From Hydrolagus colliei (lineage: Eukaryota): 63,840 bases of DNA. How positions within the stretch are numbered: the stretch's first letter is position 1; each line of letters opens with the position of its first letter. Positions 1 through 13,400 of the stretch are shown here, piece after piece. Position numbers and translations under genes: made by a program. Below the pieces are notes generated by a model. It was not told the origin of the DNA and did not search any database. It saw only the letters and a list, made by a program, of their open reading frames with translations. Location of the stretch: positions 1,426,001 through 1,489,840 of the forward strand of contig CM068756.1 of assembly GCA_035084275.1 (NCBI GenBank). Reading direction: 5' to 3'.

Positions 1-650
1 GAGGGATCGTAGCTCTGTAAATGGCTATTCAAGGACAAGATGAGTTCTCGCTACCTTAATTTCCGTTCGGCAACTACTCCGGCTGGTTGCATATGTAAGC
101 AGATGAAGATTGTTGCATTATAATGTGTGGCAGTTCTTTGGGCCACTTGATCAGTTCAAACTGTTAACATTCTGCGATGTCCGAGAGCATCCCAATTACT
201 CCCACCATCAATGGGGGCAGTTGAGAAATGCAAGCAATCAACTCTTTGGCTAGGCCAGGGTCTGTTTTACAGTTTAGGCGCTCGTTTAACTATCGACGCT
301 GCCAACACTTCATGTCCTGGGAAACTGTTCTGAGGGAACACCGAGGGGAACCGAAGACCAATGACTGAATGGATAAAAAATGTACTAATGCCTGCTCACA
401 TACTACACACAAAAAAATCACACTTCACAACTGAAGACTGAGCAAGCAGAGGGACAGGTTGCACCAGCAAAGCGATAACTTTCTCAGGATTTGTGGTAAC
501 AAGTTAGGCAAACTAAAAATTGCCTCACCTGTCAAATAAGCCACCGGCCACCACTGGCTGCATCGTAATACACAACACACCAGCGCGTCACACTGCCCGG
601 GAGTTTTGCCCGCTCTCTTAAAGCCACAGCCCTCTCGTTCGTGAACACCT

Positions 651-866
651 TAATAATAATAATAATCCTTGCGTTTGATATCGCGCCTTATCATGTCTTC
701 TAGACGTCTCAAACCACTTCGCTGAATATACCCTAAAATGAACTGCCTGAATATTTGTGGGTGAAGTGCGGCAGCCAATTGCGCACAGCAGTGTCCCCAC
801 AAATAGTCGTGGATTGAAATGACCAAAATTATCATTGTTTTTATTTGAGAGAATATTATCAGGTGT
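651..866 (-). mobile_element. Deu-domain tRNA-SINE (chimaera SINE2-type), 5'-truncated
   Basis: Reverse-oriented (TTA)n tail 'taataataatccttgc', plus the core 'ggcagccaattgcgcacagcagtgtcccca' shared with more than 10 other copies in the window. Confidence 0.85.
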
Positions 867-2360
867 TAATTCAGAAAAATCTACAACAACACAACCCTGT
901 CTTACTCCCATAATTTACAGTGAGGAGTTGCAGTAGGACGGTTTAAGCACCTCGGCAGAGTGATTAGGGTGGGCTCCTGTACACACATTGTCACCTTTTG
1001 TTCTGATTTCAGCCCAAGTCCAAACTCCAGCCTGAAACTCACTATCAAATATTTGCTTTGTCCAAGTTCGGGGAAGATGATGTTGGTGTTTCGAAAGCAA
1101 GATTACTCCAAAAGTGTTTATTCTAAAAAAGGCCACACACTTGGCCATTAGATTCTATTTTTTCTAAATGCATTGCACTTTTGAATGTTCCAACAGTTAT
1201 TCCAAGAATTAAACAGTTATGGTACAATTTGCCCAGGAAAATCAGAGGGAGGCAGAGGAGAGAGGAGGCAAGAGGAAGAGAGGGTGTTTTGAGGCCCAGT
1301 GTTTGACAGGTCAGCTGCCAGAGGCTGGACTCAATCGCTGGTGTGAGATTGACAGGAGCATATTAAAACACAAAAATAATTTTGTGTATAGAATTTTCGA
1401 TTTTTAAGTTAATATTCTCCCTCCCGTCCTCCTTTCCCCGGGTGATGCAGTGACAATTAATCCAAATGTCTTCAAGCTCTCGTGTAGATGTGAGTATTGG
1501 AGGAAAGAGCAAAAAGCAGGTGCCTCTCACATTTTCTTTGGATTGCAAACAAACATGCATGCGTGTGTGTGTGTGTCTGGTGCCTGTCTCCCTATCATGT
1601 TTAAGATCTTCATCCTCACCATTGAAAGACAAAAAAATTTTTTCAAAGTAGAGGAACAAGCGCTAAAAATGGTCACCAGGTCTCAGCCACCAGGGGACTC
1701 TCCTCTACCTTACACACACACACGCACGCACGCACGCACGCACACACACTGCAACAAACAAAATGGAAAAATCAGTAATTATCCTCCAAAAGAGCATCTT
1801 TCTCTTTCTTTCAATACCACGACAACAGGCACTCTGGCATTCAATACCCACTGCACAAGGGAAGCCCTTCATCTGTTCCATCTGGTCATGCCTTACAGCC
1901 AAGGCTCTGCAGCCCAGCCTTTGGTCATCAGTCACTGTCATGATCAGCTCTTCCAACAACTCCATTAAGGTTCAGGGAAACAAACTCAATACTCTGACCA
2001 CACCTCTTGCAACCAGTTATCAGCCAACTCCAGGCGCGTCATCCTTAATTAAGCATTTTCTCTGGGAAAATGGAAAGAAATGGCTTGTGGACGAGACAGC
2101 ATGCTTTATCTTCAGCCTGAGGGTTTCTTTTGAGCATCTCACTCACTCTTAACACCTTGTTCACACCATCAGCCATTCGCAGCACACGGGCTATCAAGTG
2201 CAAGATTCTTTCTGCTCCGTTTCTACAGTTGAAATGGAAAAGGCCAACCTACGCTTGGTGCTGTCCAGAGACCCAGGTCCAAGGTTATGCATGCAAATCA
2301 TCTGTACTAATACAGCTAATACAAATCCATGATAAGTGGGCTGGGTGCACACATCACTAC

Positions 2361-2552
2361 AAATAACAACAATCCTTACATTTGGTTAGCGTCTTTCACA
2401 CTGGGGGCAGATCTCAAAGCACTTCACAGAATATGCTGTAAAGCTGTAAAATGGAGTGATTGTGTGTTTCGCGCGAGAAGTTTAATTACCTGGAACAACA
2501 ACAACAAAATTATATTTATAGAGTATAGGGAGGATGTCCTGAGGCGCTGTTG
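2361..2552 (-). mobile_element. Two short L2/SINE-type 3' tail remnants
   Basis: 'aacaacaa...agcgtctttcac...tctcaaagcacttcaca' and 'aacaacaacaaaattatatttatag...ggaggatgtcctgaggcgctg' match the tail of the L2 at 20324. Confidence 0.6.
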
Positions 2553-2569
2553 AATTCATACAAAAACAG

Positions 2570-2645
2570 ACTTGATATGAAGTCTAATTCTGGTATCCAC
2601 ATTATAAGAAGGATAAACCAGCAATGGAATGCGCACAGTGTAGAC
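2570..2645 (+). mobile_element. CR1 LINE ORF2 remnant
   Basis: Translates V*FWYPHYKKDKPAMECAQCR, resembling the CR1 motif VQFWSPHYKKDIxxLExVQRR. Confidence 0.6.
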
Positions 2646-2654
2646 TTAAGAGTT

Positions 2655-2730
2655 ACACTTGGCCTCAGTATCCCTGCAGTAAGGGAGTGAAAAGATATCA
2701 GCCAAGCTTCCAGTGGCTAATCGCTACCCC
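2655..2730 (+). mobile_element. Ancient SINE fragment (AmnSINE2-like)
   Basis: 'ttggcctcagtatccctg...aaaagatatcagccaagcttcc...aatcgcta' is similar to the copy at ~21700 and to the recalled AmnSINE2 core. Confidence 0.4.
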
Positions 2731-3820
2731 CATTAGTATGTACTCCTGACGTGAAAGGTGCTATACAAGTGTAATTTTGTTCTGTTGTGTTACTTTACTC
2801 TCTCCATTCTCGTCTTCCTACACAGCCTCGAAAACGAGCTTGCGAGGAGGATAGCGAGGACAAGAATCCGTTTAGCTGTGATTCGCCCCCATAGTCTATG
2901 GCCAAGTGTTTACTGTGGCTGGTATGCTGATTCATGAAGAACAAACGCTCAGGCGAGGAACGCCAGCGTTCGTGGAACCAAACCAAAGCAAGAGTCAGTA
3001 GCTTCAGGAGAGGAGGGGAGCAGGGTGGGGATGAGGTGGGGTGTAAAAAAAAGTTAGCACTAATTAATTTCTGACATTACAACTCGGCCTTTAAAACTAC
3101 GCAGTCTGCTTCCTATTCCCAGCACAAAAGTGTGGTCAGATGTATTTATCGAGCACTTTTAAATGAAACATTAAAAAACCTTTGCCACCCTCTGTCTGTC
3201 TGTTTCTCACTCTCTTAGACAGACACATACATTTGAGGCTACACAGAAATAGAAGGCATGATTGTTGTTTCTAACTATACTCCTCTGTCCTATTAATGCA
3301 GAGATAACACAATGGTTTATTTTAGGAAATTAACAGCAGCCCATTAAAATTCTCCATTCTCAATGTGCAGCCTATTTTCCCCCAGGGGTAACTTTACAGA
3401 AGAATTTCCTAAGCCGCTTCGCACTCAGGCATTTGCTTGAAATCCCTCTCTTGCCTTTCAGTCAATACAGGAAAGCAGAGTCAATTCTTACTTAAGGAGG
3501 CAAAAGTCAACCTACTGGTCGATCATTTCTACGTCTGTGAACATGGATTCCCGTAAAATCAATGATCTTCAGTTATTGCCATCAGTCTGTTTTTAAAATA
3601 GACTGGAAACTGTTTAAGTTCATATGTGCAGTCAGTATGCTCAGAGCAACATCACTCACTTATGTTTCATCCATCCCTCCTGCCCTCCCTCCAGCCCTTC
3701 CAAGTTTGTGGTCTCGCAATTAAAAAGGGGAACAAGGTTTGTCTTTTTTTTTTTTGGGGGGGGGGGGGGGGAGCGGTGTTGCTTTTTGCTTCAGCGATTT
3801 ATGCTGAATTCACTTGGTGA

Positions 3821-3866
3821 GGAGGGAGGGAGGGAGGGAGGGAGGGAGGGAGGGAGGGAGGGAGGG
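3821..3866. repeat. (GGGA)n microsatellite
   Basis: Direct reading. Confidence 0.95.
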
Positions 3867-5059
3867 CCCAACTTGGTTTATGAAATATTCCATTTGTCAC
3901 GTGGTTTAAGTGGGGCCAGCCTCGGTGTCCACGCTCTCAGGTTATCTCAGGGAAGACAGAGGTGTTGTTCCAGCTTCCAGCGAGTCGGATTTCCAGAGTC
4001 ACTGGACACATACGGAAAATGAAATCAAACTACTCGGGGTGGGGGGGGGGGGGGGGGGGGGGGGGAGTAAACCTGCTTAAACCTTTGTGAACGGCAGGGA
4101 CGCACAAAAGAAAGAATTGTTTGTGTGGTGCACTCAGGTGGGTTGACAAGACAGGGCACGCCACAGGGATCCACACAACAATCCTCAGCCCAATTCAACC
4201 CATAGCCACCGGCCAGAAGTGGAAGCACAGCGTTGAAAAGCAGCAACAAAACGTGCCAAGTCAGAAAACAAAACTCCGTTTAAAAAAAGATGGGGGAATC
4301 AGTGGTCTTAAAGGGAGCAGAAGATTCCATCTGGGACGAGGGTGTGCGGGGGGGGGGGGGAGGGAGAGGGTGGGGCGTTTGGAACTGGAGATGACAGGCG
4401 GAAAGGCAACATACCTGTGACAATGCTAAGATGCTGAATAGACATTACAGCAGGAGGAATGCTAGGTGCGAGGTACACTGCTTTTTTTAAAAAAAAAATT
4501 AACCTTTCATCCAGACGCACTAATAACGCAACTGTTTTCCCTGTCGTCACCTCACATCTCAATGGTGTAAATTTGCATTCCTAAATGGCTGGCATACTAG
4601 GACATGCAGGAACAAGCCTACTGTAAGGGCTGTGTGTACGGACACTGATGGCAACCGTACGTTTTCAAAGAAAGCGAGGATTTTTTTGTGAGATGGACAC
4701 TGCCACCAGTGCCTTTTATTAATGAACTGTTCCTGTCACATAGTTTAAAGGTTTGGGCTTCAAGTGCACAAAGCAGGCTCTGTGGGACTGTGTGTCCCAC
4801 TGGTTTTACATGGCAATATCGTGTGGGCCTAGACAGCTCCTCCTGAGTAAAAACACGCATAGGTTATGACTTCTAAACCGTTTCTTCAGCAGAATATCTT
4901 CCTTCACCGCCCCCAGCTAATTCAAATGCTAATAGACTATTTCAAAACAATCTTTCAGATGTGCCTAATTTCAATAAAGGAGGAAGGTCCCTGCCGCTAC
5001 GCACAGAACAGTGCAGAAGAGCAGACGGGATGCAAAGTGACTCATACCATACAGCCCAG

Positions 5060-5300
5060 AGGAGGAGCTGCCTCGCTTTCCTGCGAATTAAATATTAACA
5101 GCTTTAGTGTGTAATTTTAATCATTAATTAGCATTGGGTTAATTACATGATTCACATGAATGCAGTAAACGTTGCTGGTGATAAACCAACATTGGGAAAA
5201 AAAAAGCATGAAATTGTAACTGCGCTCCAATTAGCTGGAAGATGAAAGCAGCCCCTGTGCAGTTAACGGGTAAGCTAATAGAAAGGCTCTTTCAGGGCAC
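5060..5300. promoter_or_regulatory. Candidate enhancer / CNE-like block
   Basis: Repeat-free, AT-rich, with dense TAAT/ATTA homeodomain cores (gaattaaatattaa, tcattaattagc, gttaattac, ccaattagc). Function is inferred. Confidence 0.35.
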
Positions 5301-5553
5301 TTCACATATCCTCGTGTGTGCAGATGATATGGAATCGGTGCCAATTCAAACAGGGATCCGGGGGAATGATGAACAAAAAGCATCAAGTCCTTGGATGGCA
5401 GGTGTCTGGACGCTGGGGGAATCCGAGATGGTGTTTACTTGCTGCACTCTCTGGTTGGTTCAAGACACAAGATGCTTTCCCCTGCTTGGGATTCCATTCA
5501 GGAAATCAGAGGCTCATATCTGTATCACATAATGTGCCTTTCAGATAGGGAGG

Positions 5554-5555
<2 letters not shown>

Positions 5556-5590
<35 letters not shown>

Positions 5591-5607
5591 ATATATATAT
5601 ACATATA
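5556..5607. repeat. (TA)n microsatellite
   Basis: Direct reading. Confidence 0.95.
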
Positions 5608-7383
5608 CTGCATAAGGAAAGTGGGGAGAAGGTGACGGAAAGCATGATCGAAAAGATGGTTCTTAGGTAAGCTTTAAAGGCTGGGTTGAAGTGGGCTCAG
5701 AACAGCTGAAAGATGGTTCCCTCCAACTCGGGCTGAACGTGAAGCAGGACTGTATTCACTGACTGGCAGGGATCGCATGGGATCATGTACAGTGTAATCG
5801 CGCGCACAGGCTGGTTTGTGAGGGTTTCCCTCTTATCCCCCCCCACTCCCCAAACATATACCTGTGATAACTGTGCGCCCTCGTCGGCCGGAGGGGTGCA
5901 GGGGAAGAAGGGAGGTATTCCAAATGCCTCCAATCCGAGAAAGAGGTGAGAAAAATAATTCTGACCTTCATTTTCTGATCCCGAGTCAAGAATGAAATAT
6001 TTGTACAACAACAAAGCAAAGTAGCTGCAAAGAACTGATCGTAGGAAGGATCGGAATCTGAAAATTCAGCAAACCAACAAACCACCTGCATCCCACATTC
6101 ACCTCGCTTTTTGCGACCCTGCACTTTAACTCTGATAGCGTGGCTGTGTAATAATACAGGCGCAGTGTCTATTTGCACTCACTGCGTTGGGCATGGTTGC
6201 TGCAGGCAGGTGCACACTTCTGGCAAGCAAGCAGAAAATTATACATGAAACAGGAACAGGGAAGGAGGGATGAAAAAGTCTTGACTAGCAGTTTTGGATG
6301 GAGCTATCCTTGAATGCACGGACTTTGGCGGCAGCTTGGTAGAGGCTGGAGGCAATGCTGGCTTAAACCGCAACATTTTTTTTTAAAAAGAAAGAAATGA
6401 CAAAACTTCCTTAGATTGTAGTGGAAGTGAAATATGCTAAGCTTGTGACATGGAGTGGCACAGTTTAAAAGCACCATCACTGGAGGCCTGAGAAGGTTGC
6501 CTTGCGAATCCTATGCTTCTTCACATTACGGCTGATCGGCAGTTGCCCCGTTCACTTGGCAAGAGGGTGCCAGTGTTGGCAGAATGTCAGCACAAACATG
6601 CTTTGCTTTGCACACACACTGATTAAAAAAAACAGGCGCCTTCGACACTAATGAGTTTATTAGCATAAACAGCTTCACGAGCAGCAGGAAGCCAGAGAGG
6701 AGGGGAGGAGAAAAAAACCCTCCTAGTCTAAACAAAGCAGGAGCAACAATTGAAACTGCTCAGAAGTAGAGGGAGAGAAGGCAATTGATTACTGGGCAAC
6801 TTTCTCCAACAACGGACTATCCCTTCCCCCACTGCACTGCACTCTCCCGCAGCACCAACAGGATTGACTAGGATAGACGCTGCAGCAGGACTGAGATGCC
6901 TTGCCTTTGAGAGTCTCTACCTTTAATCTGGAAAAGTGACCAATGCCCAGACTGATTCTGACAATCTGTTGATGCCCAGCCTCGGTACAGCTCAGGGCTC
7001 ATCCATCGGTCAACACTGATATGTAATTAGAGCTTATCATATATAAAAACAGTAGGTGACTACAGGTAGAACCAACCTTCCCTCCCTCTCTCCCTCTCCA
7101 CAACCACCAAAACCAACCACCACTACTAACACTAGCAGTGTCAGGAGATTGATTAACGTTGCGCCGCACAAAGGGTCTCATTCAGACCAGAGCTTTTCTC
7201 TGTTCGACAATTAAAAGTCACGGCTCTTTTACTGATGGGTTAACAGGATGCCAAGTGGAACTTTGACTGCCATTTCCCAGTGAATCGTTCCCAAAAGGCG
7301 CAGCCGCACTTTGCGTGGAACGGAAGAGCGGAACCAAGGCACGCAATAAAAGGGCTTCCGAAGGGCGGAAAATGTGAATGTAG

Positions 7384-7559
7384 TAATAATAATTATTGCA
7401 TTTGATGCAGCGCCTGATCACATCTTTGAGGCGTCTCAAAGCGCATCACGGAATATATGGTAAATTAACTGACAGTATATTTTGTGGGCGAAACATGGCA
7501 GCCAATTGCACACAGCAGTGTCCCACAAACAGTTGTCGATTGAAGTGACCACATTATTA
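7384..7559 (-). mobile_element. Deu-domain SINE, 5'-truncated
   Basis: Tail plus 'ttttgtgggcgaaacatggcagccaattgcacacagcagtgtcccacaaacag' core. Confidence 0.85.
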
Positions 7560-9537
7560 CACACATAGAAACAGGGAGAAGGTGGGGGGATTTCTATAAA
7601 AGACCAAAGGATTGCTGGCTTAAGGTACTTTGAACATACACTCAAAAAAATATGAAAACTAGAGAGATTAAAAGGCCTTTAAAAAAGGGAAAAGGGCAAG
7701 AAAGCAAGGCTGAATACAGTGCAGCCGAATGAACAAAATACCCTCAATTAAGTCCATTTGAGCAGGCTACCGTTTTGACAGTGAAGTGGGAGTCAACTAA
7801 TGTGCACATAAGTTACTGGAATTAAGAAAAAGTAATTTGAAGTACATTATGAAAGCTATTTTGGGGCCCAAATTGGCCAGATGGATAGGTCTAATATTCC
7901 TTTCAATCTTTTCATGGCCAAGATACAGATTCTTCTGCACACTTCGAACCATATAACATGTTTGTTAGGCTGAAGGAAAACGCCAACTACAAGAAACCAA
8001 GCTCCCTCTGCTCTTTCACGTGATATCAGCAGACAGACCTTGGTCAGGGTGTTTTGGGAAGCAACTTGGTGAAGGTTTGCAGGTCCCACAAGTAGCCACT
8101 TCCTTGACCTGCCAACTTCCTCCACTGCCCCTGGTGGGAAATGGGAAGGAGTCACAATTAAAGTAAACTTGTGGTTTTTAGATAATTATTCACTGCATTG
8201 AGTAGGTGTGTGAAGTTTCTGAAAGAGTGGGGATTGAGATTTATACACACAAAGGAAAAACATTGAGTCATGGGATAAAAATTGCTGGACAACCGCAACC
8301 GCACCCCCACCTACCCGCCCACCCACACACACCCCCAAACCGCCCCACTTTCCCCCCCGACCGCCAAACACACAAATACAAACAAACCCATATGCTTTCA
8401 CTGCCATCTTCACAATGGGAAATATCATCATAAAGCTTGCTACTTTCAGCGAGTGGTGTGATTTCACCTGCAATGTCTCACCGTAAACTAAACAAGCCAG
8501 CCCCAACATTTGGACAGTATAAATAAATATAAGCAGGAGCACATTTCATCTTAGGTTCCGATACACCAAAAGCTTTCTGCTTGCTATTTGTGATGCAATC
8601 GGAATCCTTTAATAGGTTACTGGCCTGTAACACAATCCACCTATGTGTTACCCTATATGAAGCACATTACTGTAGAGTTACTTGAGTGAAGCCCAGTACA
8701 CCAACACAACAGTAGGCCAATGTTCCACATCGTTGCTGCATTTGTGGTTCATAAATTAATTTATGTTCGTCTCCAGCCATCTTTGCTTTTTAAAGTGGAG
8801 ACTGTTCCTGTCCATCTGCGCTCATCAGAGGTGAAAAGGCATCTCGATTCCCCAAGAATATTGCTGGCATCATGCCTCATGGTGTCTTTCTTTCCCTTTA
8901 TCTTTTAAAGAAATCTCTCTTTCCTCCTGCCAGAGACTCCCAGGCGCTTCCGACACTCGGTGTGGACCGTGTGTTCATCCATAGACTCCCCACCAATGAT
9001 GCACTACAATAAGTCAATTTCTGAGCCAGGTCCCGTGTCCCAGGACCTCTTGCACTCAGAGAGACCAAGACTTATCTGCCCCCAGAACCCTCCCTCCATC
9101 TGATTACCTGGGCATTGCAAGGATTCAATGGAACAACATCCCGCTCAAGGCTGCAGTTTCATATACTGCATATTGAAGAGTCCATCCCAATATCACCTAT
9201 CAAATCCACTTGGGATAAATAACCCAGCCACTCTCTATTTGGCAATTCGGCAAACAACAGTGTAAGCTTACCCCAATCAAACTCGGGCAGAAAATATTCA
9301 AAGAGCCAAGAAGTCAATGCACCGGGAATGAAAGAATAAAACAAAGCGGAGCATTGAACCAGCAGTGAACGAGTTAACTGTGAATTACAAACTTACTGGA
9401 ACCTCCACCAGGGAAACACTCAGACTCTGTCTAGTCACAATGAGCAGCTGATGAACTCAAGCAATTTAATTTTCATTGATCAGAAATGTAGATCACTGGC
9501 TTGTAATGATGGGAAATTCCATTAAAAAGCCACATAC

Positions 9538-10380
9538 CCTGGTTTGTGTGCAACTATTTTGAATCCTTAATGCCGCTCTCTGAAACGTGTGAAATAAGTT
9601 TTGAGAGCGGTGCCCACCGAGATTAAAAAAAATCCGCTATGTTTATTAATAATAATTATAATACAAAACCTTGAAACAAAAGCTAGTTTAAATCCAACTT
9701 CCTTGCCTACAGTTCACGTTACACGATGAGAATTTTGCATTTTCTTAGTGCGTTACGGTTAGCTTTTCTTTGTAAATACTGTGATATGTATATATATATA
9801 TTTTTTTTAATCTTTCATCTGGTGTCTTAAGGAGCCATCGTATTGTGTTCATGAAATAGGATGAGAGCGAGAGGGCAGGGCTCAGCTGAACAGGAGACCA
9901 GAGATACCAAGATGCACTAGCAGTTGAACACAGGAGGCTCCGTCTCAGCCGAACGCAGGCAGCACCATTGGCGTCCGGCCAACGCCTCGTCTCTGGGCTC
10001 CAACTCCAATCAGGCGTCAGACTGTACATCACTTGCGGCCGTTGTCAATACGCAACAACAATAAGAGAACACTGATCAGAACGGATGTCTTCCACAATGA
10101 CGGGTAATCTTTTTATTTTGCTCTTTTTTTTTGTAAAAAAAAATAATCATCGGGTGGTGGACAACACATTTGTTAATACAGCAGCAAAGGCAGGTCGAGA
10201 TTTTCACCTCCGTTTCAAATCGTGGTCTCGCGGCTTTCCCTCTGAGGCGTCATGAATCGCTAACTGATGTTCAGGGCGATCCTCGGGTGAACTCGGTCGT
10301 CGTCATCCGCCTGTGAGCGACCAATGGAGAGGCATCACCCGACTGCCCGTTTAGGGTTTCAATCTCAATACCCTTTTCCG
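9538..10380 (-). promoter_or_regulatory. Candidate internal promoter and alternative first exon
   Basis: Locally CpG-rich. CCAAT at 9967-9971(-), 10006-10010 and 10321-10325. CGTCA half-CREs at 10015, 10248 and 10301. Minus-strand donor CAGG|GTATGT at 9538. Confidence 0.3.
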
Positions 10381-10431
10381 GGACGCTACCCAGAGTGAAG
10401 GGTGCTGTATAAATGCAAGTTGTTGTTGTTG
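10375..10431 (+). mobile_element. L2-type 3' tail remnant
   Basis: 'gggacg...gtgaagggtgctgtataaatgcaagttgttgttgttg'. Confidence 0.7.
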
Positions 10432-13400
10432 ACACACACACCCCCCCCACACACCCCCGGCGGATGGCTGGAGCTCAGGGGCCAAGGTTTAGATGGGAAG
10501 CATTCCATGAGTAGTGATGGGTGTGGCTTTAGACTAGCAGGATGTATTTGGCGATCCTCCACCTGCCCTAAAGGGACTGTATCGACGGTGTGACGGGGAG
10601 GGGCTGGCCTTTGCCCGAAACCAAAAAGATGTCTTTCAAATGGCTCCAAGAACCTCCGAGTGTCATTATTAACATAGGGTAACAGACACACAGGATTATG
10701 ATACAGTACACAAGTACAAATTGGAGTTCAGATGGTTCAACCTGAGCCATGGGAATCAAAGGTGAAGCATAGGAGTATTTACGCTGTTACAGATTTCCAG
10801 TCTTAATGATCGGTTGGGCAGTGAGACTGAGGTTCTACAATGACCAAAGGGAACTAGCGGAAGCCAAGAGACACTCTCAACACCATCAAACAGAAAGGGT
10901 TTCCTTGTGACATCACAGACAATATGGTAACAGATCCTGTGACACACACACATTAAATGACTGAGCAACCACCACAGGCATCAAACTCTATGGATTGAGT
11001 ACAGTACTGCAAAGGCAAGATAGAAAGTAAAGCTCCCTCTCTCCGCTGTGCCCAAAGAATTCTAACCCCCACTCCCAAACCACAGAAGAGCACCTCCTAC
11101 TATCAGTCAGGTCAACTTTGCCAAATCTTCTACTAACCATCCTTGAGACTTCAGTTTGTGCTGAATGACAAACCACTCGGTACTGCTGCCAGCTTGTCTG
11201 GTCTTAAACAGAACAAAAACCTCAAATAAGGACCCCCTCCACCATCGAAGTGGGAAGTGGGAAGAGAGAGAGGGACATTTAATGCTATCAGTCCAGGAGA
11301 AAAAGAGTTGGAGCGGGGGAGGGGAATGAAGTCCGAGAGGAAAAGGGCTTCACTGACACCTACACACTCCCCTTACTTGTTTTCCCAGTTAATCCTGATA
11401 TGATCCCGATTTACTGCTTGTGTTCCAATTCATATTGTGTTCTCATCTGGTAAAACTTCAATGACAATGATTGATTCTGAATTGAATCCTGCACCATTTC
11501 CAACCACTGTCAAAGTCCCACAACCTCACGCTCTACGTTAAAAGCAAAACAAACGTCTTTGCATGTGTAAAAAGAACATTGGGTAAACCTTTCTATGATT
11601 TTGGGAGACAGAACTTAGGAAAGCCAAAGATGTTTAATTTTTTTAAAAATGGGGACTAGGATATGACAAATCATTAGCAATGCTGTGTTTAGCACAATCC
11701 AAAATGATGATTATAGTAAATCTGCATGTTTACCTTCAGATACAGCAAACCTGCAATTTTGTAATATAATCAAAGTGGTCGACAGCTGTATACAACTCGA
11801 TAGTAAAGAGCTGAGATTTTGCTTAATGGGTCTGTGAAAACAAATTGCTCAATAACAATTTGAAATGCTTCCCGAGAATTATGTGAGCAGGGTTTAGACA
11901 CCAGAGACCTGAAAATCATCGTGGTCTCTCCCTTAAGACCGCTAACTTAACATTTAAGGTCATTCAGAATTTTGGAAAATTCTTAAATTCGTTTTAACTT
12001 CAAAGCAATTCCCACCTCCCCACAACTTGGTTTATTTCATAAACAACAATTTTCAGAATACCAGTTAATCTGGTTTGAAACAGAACTGGCACTATACTCC
12101 AAAAAGAGTATAATAGGGAGTGAAGAAAGATAGTCTCTCTCAATACTGAATATTTTGTTTTCTCAGCTCAGTTTACCCGGGGCAGGCTCGAGGGGCCCAA
12201 TGGCCTACTCCAGCTCCTTTTCCTATGTTCTTCTGCGAACATAGAAATTTGGTGAACATGAAAGATAGAGATGTCTTTATTTCCCAAGAGAAAAAACCCC
12301 ACAAGAACCCATGTGTTCGCTATGACACTGTGCAAACCCTGGTAAAAACCAAGATAAAAAAAATTATCACTCATAACTGTCTGAATCACTGCTGGAAATC
12401 AGACTTGGACTGCTTAATCCACAGTATAACTTTCCTCCTCCTCCCATCCACCCCCATAAAAAACACCCTGACTACACGCTTCATTGAAATGCTCCTGCAA
12501 AAGTGATTAAGGGGAACCATGATCTCATCAAGTTTGGAAGATAATGTAAAGATGAATACCGTGTTTACTGCTGTGTTAAGTCACAAGGAAGAAAGGGCGG
12601 TGAAGGGGAGAGAAAGAGGCTGTAGCCAGCCTTTTGTTGCTTGAGCTGCGGGTTCTTTCAGGCTTTGTTTTACCACAATAAACTCCTGAAAACTAATTTT
12701 ACACAACCTTTTGAAGAGAGGGGTTACTTAATCGTCTTGATCACAGATGCAAAGCCGTGAGGGGAGAGTGGCTCTTTGCCATGGCGTCTTCACACTGCAG
12801 CTTGACCCCTTTCGCTTAAACATTCAAATAGGATTTTTGTTTTACATAAACTTCAGTTCGTTTCCCAGAAACAGATAAAAACTTTCAAAAATACTCGAGC
12901 AAAAATCTTAAGGCAGAACACACATTCCTTCCACTGGGCTCCATGTGGTGAATCAGTCAGAACTGAAACTTGTTACAGTAACCTGCGTTATCTCATTCAA
13001 CCCCATTCGAAACCAAGTACTGAAAATTTACTGCGACTAAAGAAATGAACAGGCAGATTTTTGTTTTGTATGGGGTACTTGATTAAATCGTGAAGGAAGC
13101 AAATGTAGGCAACACAGATAGAGATAGCAATAACCACTAACACTCTGGATCAGCCAAGAATAATGTTCCCAAAATTCTCTTCATCCCAATGGCCATTGGA
13201 AATGATATTAGTTTGACTGTTGGACAGATTCCCACCTCCACACCTCCTTCAACCAGCTTACAATTGTGCCTCGACTTATCACTAACATCACCAACTTCCG
13301 GAATGCTTTGCTGTTGCTCAAAGGGACTTGCCTTCTGCACGGCAGCAAGTCGCCTTAAAGCAAAAATAAATAAATCAGAAATCGGCAAGTTGCAAATAGC

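Noticed and set aside
4036-4066. Poly-G runs (also 30084, 35221, 35930, 36636 and others) as functional G-quadruplex elements
   Set aside because: Ubiquitous across the window with no positional pattern, and homopolymer lengths may be assembly-dependent
7856-8155. Minus-strand ORF behind a plausible acceptor
   Set aside because: Peptide is not recognisable and there is no convincing donor
9159-9344. Short frames that look peptide-like on both strands
   Set aside because: The plus frame has an internal stop, and there is no convincing exon structure or recognisable homology
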